From NCBI GenBank assembly GCA_963741205.1, contig CAVUHW010000010.1:64001-128000 (forward strand): 64,000 bases of DNA. Direction: 5' to 3'. The translations under genes were made by a program, and so were the position numbers. The notes below the pieces were generated by a model that searched no databases, had not been told where the DNA came from, and was given only the letters and a program-made list of their open reading frames with translations. Positions 1-9,720 of the stretch are shown here, in pieces (position 1 is the stretch's first letter; the number at the start of each line of letters is the position of its first letter). The DNA is from Nitrospirota bacterium. GTDB taxonomy: Bacteria > Nitrospirota > UBA9217.

Positions 1-429
1 GCGGAGCAGGAAAACAAGGCCATCGAGGACGACATCCTGGCTCTGATGGAAAAGATCGACGCCGCGGCAACGCAGATAACCGCTGCGGAGCAAAAGGCGA
101 ACGAGGAGGAAGTCTCGATCCAGGCGGAAGTGAAGCAGCATGAGGCCGCGTTCGCGAAGCTCGAGGTGGAATTGCGGGGCGTTGAACAGGCCCGTCGGGA
201 GCTTGCCGCACGCGTTGATCCCTCGGTCCTTTCCTCATATCAGAAGCTGCTTCTGACAAAAGGCGGCGTGGCCATTGCCGAGGCGCGCGGCGAGAACTGT
301 TCCGGCTGTTATATGAGCATACCGCCCCAGATTTTCGTCAACATCAAGAAAAACGAAAGCATCATCACCTGCCCCAACTGCCACCGGATACTCTACTACA
401 AGGAAGCGATCGTGCAGAAGAACAGTTAA
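1..429 (+). CDS. C4-type zinc-ribbon coiled-coil protein (COG1579/DUF164-like), 5' partial
   Basis: Coiled-coil followed by CSGC...CPNC zinc ribbon; typical neighbour of rnhA and rnpB; frame is open at the window start. Confidence 0.85.
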   Translation, partial: AEQENKAIEDDILALMEKIDAAATQITAAEQKANEEEVSIQAEVKQHEAAFAKLEVELRGVEQARRELAARVDPSVLSSYQKLLLTKGGVAIAEARGENCSGCYMSIPPQIFVNIKKNESIITCPNCHRILYYKEAIVQKNS

Positions 430-474
430 TAATGGTCTCAAAATAGTATCTCTAGAGTCGTCGACCAAGCAGCT

Positions 475-558
475 TGTCATCCCCGAATGCCTCTATCGGG
501 GATCCATCTTGACGTGATAGAAAATGGATTCCCGCTCAGAAGCATTGCGGGAATGACA
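475..558. repeat. REP/MITE-like palindromic element
   Basis: TGTCATCCCCG...GCGGGAATGACA terminal inverted repeats with internal ATCCA/TGGATTCCCGC hairpins; same family as 4768-4837. Confidence 0.7.
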
Positions 559-567
559 TTTTATAAT

Positions 568-963
568 ATGGAACTTACCATCTACACCGACGGCGCATCG
601 CGGAACAACCCGGGCGAGGCCGGCGCCGGCGTCTCTATCGTTCAGAGCGGCCGGCCCGTAGCGGAGATAGCCCGCTATCTAGGGACGACGACGAACAATA
701 TCGCCGAATACACGGCGGCGATCATCGGACTGGAAGACGCGCTCAAACGGGGTGCGACGAGCGTCAAGCTCTATGCCGATTCCGAGCTTCTTGTGAAACA
801 GTTGAACGGACAGTACCGGGTGAAGAACGAGGGGCTGAAGCCTCTCTACCAGCGGGTGCAGGAACTGATTGCAAAGATCGGCCGCGTTGAGGTACAATAC
901 ATCCCGCGGGAGATGAACAAGGAAGCGGACGCCCTTGCAAATAAGGCGATTGACGAAAAATAA
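568..963 (+). CDS. rnhA: Ribonuclease HI
   Basis: IYTDGASRNNPG, TNNIAEY, DSELLVKQ and NKEADALAN motifs; start moved to ATG 568, downstream of the palindrome. Confidence 0.92.
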   Translation: MELTIYTDGASRNNPGEAGAGVSIVQSGRPVAEIARYLGTTTNNIAEYTAAIIGLEDALKRGATSVKLYADSELLVKQLNGQYRVKNEGLKPLYQRVQELIAKIGRVEVQYIPREMNKEADALANKAIDEK

Positions 964-990
964 TTGAGAAATTGAATTGATTCTTTGATT

Positions 991-1360
991 CAGAGCGGGT
1001 GAGATGATCGCTCTCCGGCAACGGGGGGAGGAAAGTCCGAGCTCCGCAGGGCAAGGCGGTCCCGAAACGGGACAGGGGGCGACCCCATGGACAGTGCCAC
1101 AGAAAAGAAGACCGCCCCGATACAGGGGTAAGGGTGAAACGGTGGGGCAAGAGCCCACCAGATTCCCGGGCGACCGGGAGTGCTTGGAAAACCCCGCCTG
1201 GAGCAAGACCACATAGGGAAGCGTCCCCCGCAAGGGGGTAAGGACGGCCCGTCCGAGACTTCCGGGTAGGTCGCATGAGCCTTCGAGCAATCGGGGGCCT
1301 AGATAAATGATCATCACCCCGAGCGATCGGGGGACAGAACTCGGCTTACGGCCCGCTCTG
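991..1360 (+). ncRNA. rnpB: RNase P RNA (type A)
   Basis: GAGGAAAGTCCGAGCTC, AGTGCCACAGAAA, GGGTGAAACGGTG and ACAGAACTCGGCTTA conserved blocks; P1 closing helix CAGAGCGGG/CCCGCTCTG. Confidence 0.97.
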
Positions 1361-1380
1361 ATTTTTTTGTTTTCACGACT

Positions 1381-1463
1381 CCTCACCCCGGCCCTCTCCC
1401 GCATGGGCGAGGGCGACAAAGAGCATGCCCCCGCATTACGTAAGCGGGGGTGAGGGGGGACTT
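1381..1463. repeat. Palindromic intergenic repeat (CCTCACCCCGGCCCTCTCCC type)
   Basis: CCTCACCCC at 1381 and inverted GGGGTGAGG at ~1447, with internal CCCTCTCCC..GGGCGAGGG hairpin. Confidence 0.55.
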
Positions 1464-1487
1464 GCTGCAACGTCGCGAGTGTGATCC

Positions 1488-2135
1488 ATGGGCAACAAGA
1501 TCTTTGCCAACCTTCCCTTCGAAAAGCTCAATAAAAAGCTTGAGAGTAAGACTGCTGTTTCCACCCCCCCTCCCGTTCGCCAAAAGAAAAAAGAAGAGTA
1601 TACCGATGAAGAACTGTTCGGGCGGGAGATGGTTGATGTCCTCGTGATCGAGGAATTTCGTTCCCTTGCCTGCGCACCTCGGCAGCGAAAGACGAAAACA
1701 GAACCGGTGCCGCGCGATCCCGAGGAAGAGGCGTTCCAGGTCCTCTGCGAAATCACGGCGGGAGAGCGCCCGATCCATCTGCCGGACACCCAGGAATACG
1801 TCGAGTGGATCCACCCTCAATTTCGCGATGATATCATTCAGAGCCTGCACGAAGGGAAGTTTGCGGTCCAGGCCTTCCTCGATCTGCACGGCTGCACCAT
1901 CCCCGAAGCAGAAGAAGAACTCGATGAATTCATCAAGGACGCGCTCAAAAAAAGCCTGCGCTGCGTCAAGGTCATTCATGGGCGCGGTCTTCGTTCCGTC
2001 AAGGGCGCCCGGCTAAAGTACGCCGTCGTGGCAAGGCTTTCCGGCCATTTTCGCAAGGACATCATCGCCTATGTGACCGCGCGCCAGTGCGACGGCGGCC
2101 TTGGGGCGCTGTACGTTCTCTTGAGTAAGAAGTAA
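1488..2135 (+). CDS. Smr/MutS2 domain protein
   Basis: LDLHG, VIHGRG and DGGLGALYVLL Smr motifs. Confidence 0.9.
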   Translation: MGNKIFANLPFEKLNKKLESKTAVSTPPPVRQKKKEEYTDEELFGREMVDVLVIEEFRSLACAPRQRKTKTEPVPRDPEEEAFQVLCEITAGERPIHLPDTQEYVEWIHPQFRDDIIQSLHEGKFAVQAFLDLHGCTIPEAEEELDEFIKDALKKSLRCVKVIHGRGLRSVKGARLKYAVVARLSGHFRKDIIAYVTARQCDGGLGALYVLLSKK

Positions 2136-2226
2136 CCATGGCAGGGCGTCGAGTCTTGCATCAGGGGCGAAAGGCTCGTTATGCTTTACGAGAACAGCAA
2201 GTTTAACAATTTCCCCTTTATGACCT

Positions 2227-2865
2227 ATGCCGGGCATACAAACCTTTGACAAGCATGTGAACGAGTACGAGCAGTGGTTCGTCGACCACCCGCTCGCGTA
2301 TGTGTCCGAGCTTCACGCGGTCCGCGAACTGCTGCCGAACAGCGGCAGCGGGATCGAGATCGGCGTCGGAACCGGCAGGTTTGCGGCGCCCCTCGGGATC
2401 AAAAGAGGGATAGAGCCTTCAAGGCCCATGGCTGAGCTTGCGCGAAAGAAGGGGATCGAGGTCACATCCGGCGTCGCCGAGAAGCTTCCGTTCACAGACG
2501 GGGAATTCGATTTCGCGCTCATGGTGACCACGGTCTGCTTTCTCGACGACATGGACCTGGCATTCCGCGAAGCCCGTCGGGTGCTCAGGCCCGGCGGCCC
2601 GTTCATCATCGGGTTCATCGACCGGGAGAGCCCCCTCGGCAGGGAGTACCTGCAGCGCAAGGACAAAAGCGCGTTTTACAAGGACGCGACCTTCTACTCC
2701 GTAAACGAGATCGTGGAGCATCTCGCAAAGGCGGGTTTCGTTGATTTTGCCTTTCGCCAGACGCTCTTCGGAAATCCAGGCGATATGGAGAAGGCTGATC
2801 CCGTGAAAGAGGGGCACGGAGAAGGGTCTTTCGTCGCGGTGAGGGGAGTCAAAGGAACGCGGTGA
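2227..2865 (+). CDS. Class I SAM-dependent methyltransferase
   Basis: EIGVGTG motif I, LPFTDGEFD, RVLRPGG. Confidence 0.9.
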   Translation: MPGIQTFDKHVNEYEQWFVDHPLAYVSELHAVRELLPNSGSGIEIGVGTGRFAAPLGIKRGIEPSRPMAELARKKGIEVTSGVAEKLPFTDGEFDFALMVTTVCFLDDMDLAFREARRVLRPGGPFIIGFIDRESPLGREYLQRKDKSAFYKDATFYSVNEIVEHLAKAGFVDFAFRQTLFGNPGDMEKADPVKEGHGEGSFVAVRGVKGTR

Positions 2866-2869
2866 CAGA

Positions 2870-2898
2870 TTTACAAGAAGGCCAATTTTTGATACACT
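2870..2898 (+). promoter_or_regulatory. Candidate sigma70 promoter
   Basis: TTTACA-N17-TACACT with TG extension, upstream of the hairpin leader and small ORF. Confidence 0.45.
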
Positions 2899-2996
2899 CG
2901 TCGCGTCGATTCGTTATCTGGTTGGTAAGGCAGGTTGGGAAGAGGTACGCTCCAGCATGCCTACCGTGCAATTAAACATTAGGGAGGCAAGCAATA

Positions 2997-3095
2997 ATGA
3001 ACATTCTTTTTACCATCACAGCGGTGCTGGCGGCGGTTTACTGCTTCGCCGCTGTCGGCTACTACTACGGGTTCAAGAACTGGTCACCTATGTGA
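2997..3095 (+). CDS. Small 32-aa membrane peptide (not in ORF track)
   Basis: MNILFTITAVLAAVYCFAAVGYYYGFKNWSPM; GGGAGG RBS upstream; one hydrophobic helix. Confidence 0.6.
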   Translation: MNILFTITAVLAAVYCFAAVGYYYGFKNWSPM

Positions 3096-3262
3096 GGACC
3101 TCGCAAATCGCCGGCGGCGCCGGCGAACGGCATACGATGGCTCCCGACCAAGCAAAAAAGGGAAGGGAGATCGAACGGGAAATTTCTTAGGTCCGGAGGT
3201 TAGAGGGATCAGAGGGCCATCTATTGCCTTTTGAACTTCCTGTCAATCATAAGCGAGAAAAT

Positions 3263-3877
3263 ATGAACCTTACTCGTATTTCTAAGAACGATGCCCGGTA
3301 TCCTCCTGCGTTAGGTCATTATCTCGGCAATTCCGCCCCTGGAGAGGTTGCCGCTCTGGGCAACCTGGAAATCCTGAATAACAAAAAGACTGCTCTCTTC
3401 TGCTCCTCTAAGTGTCCCTGCGATCTTATCATCAAAACATCCGACTTGACGAAGAAGTGGCGCGATGAGGGGGTCACGGTGATCAGCGGATTTCACTCGC
3501 CGGTGGAGCAGGAGTGTCTGACTGTGCTTCTTCAGGGAAGGCAGCCGGTCATTCTCTGCCCGGCCCGGAGCATCGAGGGGATGAGGGTAAAGAAGGGACA
3601 GTTGAAGCCGCTTGAAGCGGGGCGATTATTGATACTGTCTCCTTTTCCGCAAAAGGAACGGCGGATGACTGCCGGCCTGGCCCGCGCGAGAAACCTCTTT
3701 GTCGCTGCGTTAGCTGACGAGATTTTCGTTTCCCATGCCTCGCGGGGCGGAAAGATAGAGCAATTCTGCCGTGAAATTGTCCCTTGGCGCAAGCCCGTAA
3801 CGACGCTTGTGAGTGATTCAAATAATAACCTCCTGGAACTCGGCGCACGTTGTGTGAAGCCGGACATGGCCGCGTAG
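3263..3877 (+). CDS. DprA/SMF-like (SLOG-fold) protein, short form
   Basis: YPPAL..GNLEIL, VISGFHS and ARNLFVAALAD motifs. Confidence 0.75.
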   Translation: MNLTRISKNDARYPPALGHYLGNSAPGEVAALGNLEILNNKKTALFCSSKCPCDLIIKTSDLTKKWRDEGVTVISGFHSPVEQECLTVLLQGRQPVILCPARSIEGMRVKKGQLKPLEAGRLLILSPFPQKERRMTAGLARARNLFVAALADEIFVSHASRGGKIEQFCREIVPWRKPVTTLVSDSNNNLLELGARCVKPDMAA

Positions 3878-3878
3878 T

Positions 3879-4742
3879 ATGGTCAAGAAAGCCCGACATT
3901 CCCGCGTAAAAGACGTCAGCGCGCCTTCCCTTGCGCCGTCAGCAGTAAGCGCCTTTCGAAAGAAAATTTATAACTACTACGCCAAGGAATCCCGCAGTCT
4001 CCCCTGGCGCCGGAACCTCAATCCCTACCGGGTCCTGGTCTCTGAAATCATGCTCCAGCAAACGCAGGTTGAGCGCGTCAGGGAGAAATACAGGGAGTTC
4101 CTTGACGCGTTTCCGGACGTCGCGACTCTCTCCAGGGCGCCGCTTCAAAAGATCCTGGCAGTCTGGCAGGGGATGGGCTACAATCGGCGTGCGCTCGCCC
4201 TTCGGGCGCTCGCGCGAAAAGTCGTGGACGAAAATCGCGGCATGCTGCCGTCAGATCCGGAACAGCTCATTGCCTTGCCGGGCATCGGAAAATATACCGC
4301 GGGAGCGATAGCCGCCTTTGCGTTCAACAAGCCCGTGGTCTTCATGGATACCAACATCCGGCGCGTATATATCCATGAATTTTTTTATGACCGAGAGCTT
4401 ATTCATGACAGGGAAATTATCCCGCTCCTTGAGCGGACCATGGACCGGGGGAACCCCCGAAAATGGTATAATGCGCTCATGGATTACGGGGCCATGCTGA
4501 AACAAGAGCAGAGGAACCCCAACCGGAAGAGCGTGCATTATGTGCGGCAAAGCCCCTTTGAAAATTCGAACCGTCAGGTGCGGGGGAAAATCCTGAAAGT
4601 CCTGGTGAAAGAAGCGGCGCTCAATACAAGCCAAATTGTTGCAAAAACGGGAATGGACGTCGAGAGGGTGAAGAAAAATCTTGTTCAGCTGGCAGACGAA
4701 GGGTTTGTGAAGAAAAGAGGGAAATTGTTTTCCATTGAATAA
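3879..4742 (+). CDS. mutY: A/G-specific adenine glycosylase, MutY-like HhH-GPD
   Basis: LPWR, SEIMLQQTQV, WQGMGYNRRA, LPGIGKYTA and DTNIRRV; no Fe-S Cys motif. Confidence 0.8.
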   Translation: MVKKARHSRVKDVSAPSLAPSAVSAFRKKIYNYYAKESRSLPWRRNLNPYRVLVSEIMLQQTQVERVREKYREFLDAFPDVATLSRAPLQKILAVWQGMGYNRRALALRALARKVVDENRGMLPSDPEQLIALPGIGKYTAGAIAAFAFNKPVVFMDTNIRRVYIHEFFYDRELIHDREIIPLLERTMDRGNPRKWYNALMDYGAMLKQEQRNPNRKSVHYVRQSPFENSNRQVRGKILKVLVKEAALNTSQIVAKTGMDVERVKKNLVQLADEGFVKKRGKLFSIE

Positions 4743-4767
4743 AGGCTGTATTGAAAAGGTTTATTTC

Positions 4768-4837
4768 GTCATGCCGGACTTGATCCGGCATCCAGAGACT
4801 TCAGATAAGGCTGGATTCCCGCCTTCACGGGAATGAC
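4768..4837. repeat. REP/MITE-like palindromic element
   Basis: GTCATGCCGGACTTGATCCGGCATCCAG...CTGGATTCCCGCCTTCACGGGAATGAC. Confidence 0.75.
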
Positions 4838-4850
4838 ACAGATTGGAGTT

Positions 4851-5819
4851 ATGCGAACCGGTCCCGACTATATACAGTTTTACCCAACGCTGCGGTGCGA
4901 CCGGTCCTGCGACTTTTGCTTCAACCGGTCTATGCCCTTCATGGAGGACATGGCCCTTCCAGATTTCATGAAGATGCTGGAAGTCCTCCGGCGGACTTCG
5001 GTGAAGACCCTCGATATCATCGGCGGCGAACCCACGATGCATCCCGACATCCTTCTGTTTGTCAGGGAGGCCGCAGCGAAGGGGCTTTCCGTCAACATCA
5101 GCACGAACGGCTCCAACCTCGCGGCTCTCGCCGAGATCATGGAGATAGGCAGGGCGGTGACGGTCGGTATTTCGGTCAACGACCGTGAAACACTGAAACA
5201 GGTCCGAAACTTCATTCAAAAGCACCGGCCCGTTGTCAAGACGGTTTACAGTCCCGGAATGGCTCTCGGAATGATCGAGGAGATCCTCTCGCTGGGGCCG
5301 AAAAGGTTCTATCTGATATACCGGGATGTACTGGATCCTCATGAACTTCAAGCAGCCGCGCCTTTTTATCAGTATAAATCGAGCGTGGAGGAGCGCTTCG
5401 ATCCGCGTCAGGTCGGAATGGTCTCCTGCTCGGGCTTTCTCCCTGACGAAGAGAATTATCCGGAATTGGCGAGCGTTCGATGTCCCGCCGGCACCACGAA
5501 ACTTGGAATAATGCCGGACGGATCGGTGTATCCCTGCAATCTCTTTTTCGGGAACAGGGAGTTTCTGCTGGGCAACATTCTGTCCGACTCCTTCGAAGGC
5601 ATCTGGAATCACCGGGTGCTTGCATTTTTTCGAGCTGCTTCCCGGAACGCCTGTCCTGTGAAGTCCTGCGAGCTCCATGACCGTTGCCATGGCGGCTGCC
5701 CGGCCCAGGCGCTGGTCCTGTCCGGAGACTTGGCTGCTTCCGATCCGCGGTGCTCCCCGATCGCAGGCCGCGGTTTTCAGAAAGACCGGCCTTCGCCTCA
5801 TACCTCCATGAGATCCTGA
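4851..5819 (+). CDS. Radical SAM / SPASM domain protein
   Basis: CDRSCDFC, GGEP and STNG; C-terminal CPAG..DGSVYPC..C..C..CHGGC SPASM cysteines. Confidence 0.9.
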   Translation: MRTGPDYIQFYPTLRCDRSCDFCFNRSMPFMEDMALPDFMKMLEVLRRTSVKTLDIIGGEPTMHPDILLFVREAAAKGLSVNISTNGSNLAALAEIMEIGRAVTVGISVNDRETLKQVRNFIQKHRPVVKTVYSPGMALGMIEEILSLGPKRFYLIYRDVLDPHELQAAAPFYQYKSSVEERFDPRQVGMVSCSGFLPDEENYPELASVRCPAGTTKLGIMPDGSVYPCNLFFGNREFLLGNILSDSFEGIWNHRVLAFFRAASRNACPVKSCELHDRCHGGCPAQALVLSGDLAASDPRCSPIAGRGFQKDRPSPHTSMRS

Positions 5820-5836
5820 ACAGGAGTTCCATTTTT

Positions 5837-6556
5837 ATGCCGATCGTCAGCAGGGACATACGCGGCCGCATATCCGGCGTTCTGTTGTTTTCTGCGTTCC
5901 TGGCTTTTCATCTCTTTTATCTGATGCGCGGATGGAGCGGCTTTAACGCCGCTGCAAAGGCGAACAGCCTGCTCATTACCGTGACCATCTTCTTTTTTCT
6001 CTCATCATACTTCTTCCGGAGAAAGCCGGTGCGGTTCCCGGAGGGTTTCAGGGAGACGCTCTTTCCCCTCTTTTGCGCCGCCCTCCCGCTCGTCATCTAT
6101 CACAACGTAGAACTGCTTCAGTATGTCCCCGCGCAGAACAGGTATTATTCCCTCTTCCATTCCCTCTTCGGACTTTATGATAACGGCCCGTTCCGCTGGA
6201 ATCTTTTGTCCATGTCCCTGGTCCTTGCCGGAAATTTCATTACGTTCCTGGGAATGGTTTCGCTGCGGCGTTCCTTCAGCATCATGGTGGAGGCCCGGTC
6301 GCCCGTATTTAGCGGGCTCTACGCGTATGTGAGGCACCCGCTCTATATCGGCGAAGTCCTTGCCGCCGCCGGCGTCCTCGTCTTCAGGTTTTCAGCGGCC
6401 AATATCTTCCTTTTCCTGCTCTTTCTTGCATGCCAGATATATCGGGCCGTTCTCGAAGAGAAAAAGCTGGTCGCCGCCTTTCCTGAATACGCGGACTACC
6501 GCGAACGAACCGGCGCCGTCTTCCCCCGTTCGCAGCGAAAAAAAATATCATTGTGA
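5837..6556 (+). CDS. Isoprenylcysteine carboxyl methyltransferase (ICMT/PEMT) family membrane protein
   Basis: GLYAYVRHPLY..G and EEKKL..FPEY..Y motifs; hydrophobic segments. Confidence 0.85.
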   Translation: MPIVSRDIRGRISGVLLFSAFLAFHLFYLMRGWSGFNAAAKANSLLITVTIFFFLSSYFFRRKPVRFPEGFRETLFPLFCAALPLVIYHNVELLQYVPAQNRYYSLFHSLFGLYDNGPFRWNLLSMSLVLAGNFITFLGMVSLRRSFSIMVEARSPVFSGLYAYVRHPLYIGEVLAAAGVLVFRFSAANIFLFLLFLACQIYRAVLEEKKLVAAFPEYADYRERTGAVFPRSQRKKISL

Positions 6557-6636
6557 AAGCCGCAAAATTAGTTTAAAATAATCGCACTTTTTTGTCGGAA
6601 CAGCAATATCCTACTTTCATACGCAGGGAGGAAGCA

Positions 6637-7989
6637 ATGAGACAGACCAAGATCGTTCTTTCTGATAAGGAGATACCGACCAAGTGGTACAATATCATGG
6701 CGGACATGCCGAACCTGCCCAAGCCGCCGCTCCATCCGGGTACGAAGCAGCCCGTCGGGCCGCAGGACCTCATCCCTATCTTTCCCATGGCGCTCATCGA
6801 ACAGGAAATGAGCCCGGCGCGCTGGATAGATATCCCGGAGGAGGTCCTCGACATCTACTCGCTCTGGAGGCCTTCTCCGATGTTCCGGGCCCACCGGCTT
6901 GAAAAGGCCCTCGGCACGCCGGCCAAGATCTACTACAAATACGAAGGCGTGAGCCCGGCCGGCAGCCACAAGCCGAACACGGCCATTCCGCAGGCATATT
7001 ACAATAAAAAGGCGGGGATCAAGCGCATCGCCACCGAGACCGGCGCGGGCCAGTGGGGTTCGTCCATGGCGCTGGCGGGCAAGCTCTTCGGGCTCGACGT
7101 TACGGTCTACATGGTGAAGGTGAGCTACGGACAGAAGCCTTACCGGAGGATCATGATGGAGACCTGGGGCGCGACCGTTCACGCGAGTCCGTCGAAGACG
7201 ACGAACTCGGGCAGGAAGTTCCTCGAACTGGACCCCAACAACCAGGGCAGTCTCGGCATCGCCATCTCCGAGGCCGTGGAGGACGCGGCCACGCACAACG
7301 ACACGAACTACGCCCTGGGATCGGTCCTGAACCATGTGTGCATGCACCAGACCGTGATCGGGCTTGAAGCGAAGAAGCAGATGGAGCTGGTCGGGGATTA
7401 TCCCGACATCGTCATCGGCTGCTGCGGAGGCGGGAGCAACCTGGCGGGCATCAGCTTCCCGTTCATCCACGACAAGATCGGCGGCAAGAAGCTGCGCGTG
7501 ATCGCGGTAGAGCCGGCGTCCTGTCCCACCCTCACGAAGGGCGAGTTCCGGTACGATTTCGGCGATGTTGCCGGTCTCACCCCGCTCATGACCATGTACA
7601 CTCTCGGCCACGACTTCATGCCGCCGGGCATCCATGCGGGAGGGCTGCGCTATCACGGCGACTCGCCGCTCGTTTCGCAGCTCTACCATGACAAGCTCAT
7701 CGAGGCCCGGGCCTACAACCAGAAGCCGGTGTTCGAGGCCGCGCTGCAGTTCGCCAACACCGAAGGCATTATCCCCGCGCCCGAGAGCGCCCACGCGATC
7801 CGCGCGGCCATCGACGAAGCGCTCCTCGCCAAAGAGGAGGGCAAGCAGAAGACCATCCTCTTCAACCTCTCCGGCCACGGGTACCTCGATCTCCAGGCTT
7901 ACGCAGATTATCACGACGGCAAGCTCCAGGACTACGAGTATCCGGCCGAGAAGATCAAAGAAGCGCTGGCAAAGCTGCCGGTGCTGTAA
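6637..7989 (+). CDS. trpB2: TrpB-like PLP enzyme (TrpB2)
   Basis: [31 protein letters not shown] and NLSGHG; GGAGG RBS. Confidence 0.95.
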   Translation: MRQTKIVLSDKEIPTKWYNIMADMPNLPKPPLHPGTKQPVGPQDLIPIFPMALIEQEMSPARWIDIPEEVLDIYSLWRPSPMFRAHRLEKALGTPAKIYYKYEGVSPAGSHKPNTAIPQAYYNKKAGIKRIATETGAGQWGSSMALAGKLFGLDVTVYMVKVSYGQKPYRRIMMETWGATVHASPSKTTNSGRKFLELDPNNQGSLGIAISEAVEDAATHNDTNYALGSVLNHVCMHQTVIGLEAKKQMELVGDYPDIVIGCCGGGSNLAGISFPFIHDKIGGKKLRVIAVEPASCPTLTKGEFRYDFGDVAGLTPLMTMYTLGHDFMPPGIHAGGLRYHGDSPLVSQLYHDKLIEARAYNQKPVFEAALQFANTEGIIPAPESAHAIRAAIDEALLAKEEGKQKTILFNLSGHGYLDLQAYADYHDGKLQDYEYPAEKIKEALAKLPVL

Positions 7990-8004
7990 TCGCGAAGGTT
8001 TCCG

Positions 8005-8036
8005 GGCTCCCTGTCTTACGGCGGGGGGCCTTTTTT
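8005..8036 (+). terminator. Rho-independent terminator
   Basis: GGCTCCCTGTC-TTAC-GGCGGGGGGCC hairpin followed by T6. Confidence 0.8.
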
Positions 8037-8050
8037 AATTTGGAACTCTG

Positions 8051-8234
8051 TGTCGTCCCCGAATGAACCTATGGGGGTATAGTTAGTCATTCAGGCCCCT
8101 CACGGTCATTTCGAGCATGGCGAGAAATCTTGATTTTTGAACTGGGGGTAAACTCCGCAAAGAATCTGTTTTTCCCAACACATGCCAGACCTTTCGCTTC
8201 TCTCAAAGTCTGTCCTCAGCATGTCGAGGTGACA
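8051..8234. repeat. Degenerate REP-like palindromes
   Basis: TGTCGTCCCCGAATG resembles the 475 element; GTCATTTCGAGC..GAGAAATCT ... GAGGTGACA. Confidence 0.4.
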
Positions 8235-8364
8235 ATGAATGTCTCCCAGGTGCAGGCTAGATGCAGATAGAAACTGCCATTACTGTTTACTTCCTGCAGC
8301 AAACGACGGCCGACTTTTTTGGAATATATAGCCTTCACTTGCAATTCTGGTATTTCAAGAAGTG

Positions 8365-8438
8365 TAAACCATCAACATCAACATCCTGAAGCTGTTGAGT
8401 TATCACTCTCTGAAATGCTTCAATTATCAACCCGTAGT
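8365..8438 (+). repeat. Island repeat unit (putative recombination site)
   Basis: TAAAC-CATCAACATCAA-CATCCTGAA-GCTGTTGAG; right arm aligns with the 44655 copy. Confidence 0.55.
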
Positions 8439-8937
8439 CATTGATGCCTACCCAAAAAAAACCAGTCGAAATGCTTGACGCCTCAAATCTCATAACATGA
8501 CTATCACTGAAAAAGATGTAAAAGGGATGATGAAAGATGCATAGTCCAGATGACAGCGAGATATACGGCCTTAAGGGGCTTGGTGATTCCAAGCCCCTTT
8601 TTGCGAGGCGGATCTAAACTATGTCGATTGGAATGTCTATCCCTTCGGGTTCCCCGACCCGAAGCATCGAATTATCGAGTTATTAACCTGCAAGTTGTCG
8701 GTTCAAATCACCCAGTCGTTGTGGTGTTTCCAACTTTTGCAACAGCCATCCGTATCCGACAATATCGACCTATAAGATACTGTTCTTTTATGCTTTATCT
8801 TAAGGTTAAATTCGACTATACTTTTTGTGTAAATGTTGTGCTTCGTATAGCCTGAAGCTGACGTCTCGCAGCGGGTGCCGCAGCAGGCTAAATGTCTCTT
8901 GATGCGCGGCTAATTATAGAAGCGAACTTAACAGACT

Positions 8938-9720
8938 ATGAACTTGAAAACAGTAACTGCCACGAGATATGTAACTCCATTGCGCGAAGGTGGATCGCTT
9001 CCAGCAATAGTCGAAGCCGATGATGATGGAATGTATGTCCTCAAATTCCGCGGCGCAGGTCAGGGACCCAAAGTTCTAATCGCTGAGTTGTTGGGAGGGG
9101 AGATCGCCCGCGCAGCAGGTCTGCCAGTGCCTGAAATCGTCTTCGTTGAGCTCGACGTTGATCTCGCCCGCACCGAACGCGACCCGGAAATACAAAGCCT
9201 AATAAAAGCGAGCGCTGGCCTCAATCTGGGGCTTGACTACCTGCCCGGTGCTGTCACGTTTGACCCGGTTGCAGAGAAGCTTGACGCGGATCTCGCCTCG
9301 TCGGTCGTCTGGTTTGACGCTTACGTGTCAAACGTCGACCGTACTCCACGCAATACGAACATGCTCATGTGGCACCGACGAGTCTGGCTCATCGATCACG
9401 GCTCGGCCCTCATCTTCCATCATAAATGGACCGACTACCTGGAATCCAGCCGGGACCCTTTCCATATGATAAAAGACCACGTTCTACTCCCGTTTGCCAC
9501 TTCGCTCCGAGAAGTGGACTCGAAGATAGTCGGACGGCTCACGCAAGACGTCATTGACAACATAGTTAAACTTATTCCTGATGCTTGGCTGGTTGGAGAC
9601 TCTCCGTTCAACGATATCAACCAACACCGGGACGCTTACCTTGAGTATCTAATGAGCCGGCTAGAGCCGCCGCATGTTTTCCTGGAGGAGGCGATCCATG
9701 CGCGATCACTATACGTATGA
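8938..9720 (+). CDS. HipA-like (HipA_2) kinase
   Basis: PLREGGSLP, YVLKFRGAGQG, NVDRT..N.N and LIDHG kinase motifs. Confidence 0.88.
   Translation: MNLKTVTATRYVTPLREGGSLPAIVEADDDGMYVLKFRGAGQGPKVLIAELLGGEIARAAGLPVPEIVFVELDVDLARTERDPEIQSLIKASAGLNLGLDYLPGAVTFDPVAEKLDADLASSVVWFDAYVSNVDRTPRNTNMLMWHRRVWLIDHGSALIFHHKWTDYLESSRDPFHMIKDHVLLPFATSLREVDSKIVGRLTQDVIDNIVKLIPDAWLVGDSPFNDINQHRDAYLEYLMSRLEPPHVFLEEAIHARSLYV

Noticed and set aside
679-1470. Long ORFs overlapping 991-1360
   Set aside because: They are shadow frames over the RNase P RNA gene
8335-8855. ORFs 8335-8592 and 8550-8855
   Set aside because: No RBS or recognisable motifs, and they overlap the non-coding repeat units
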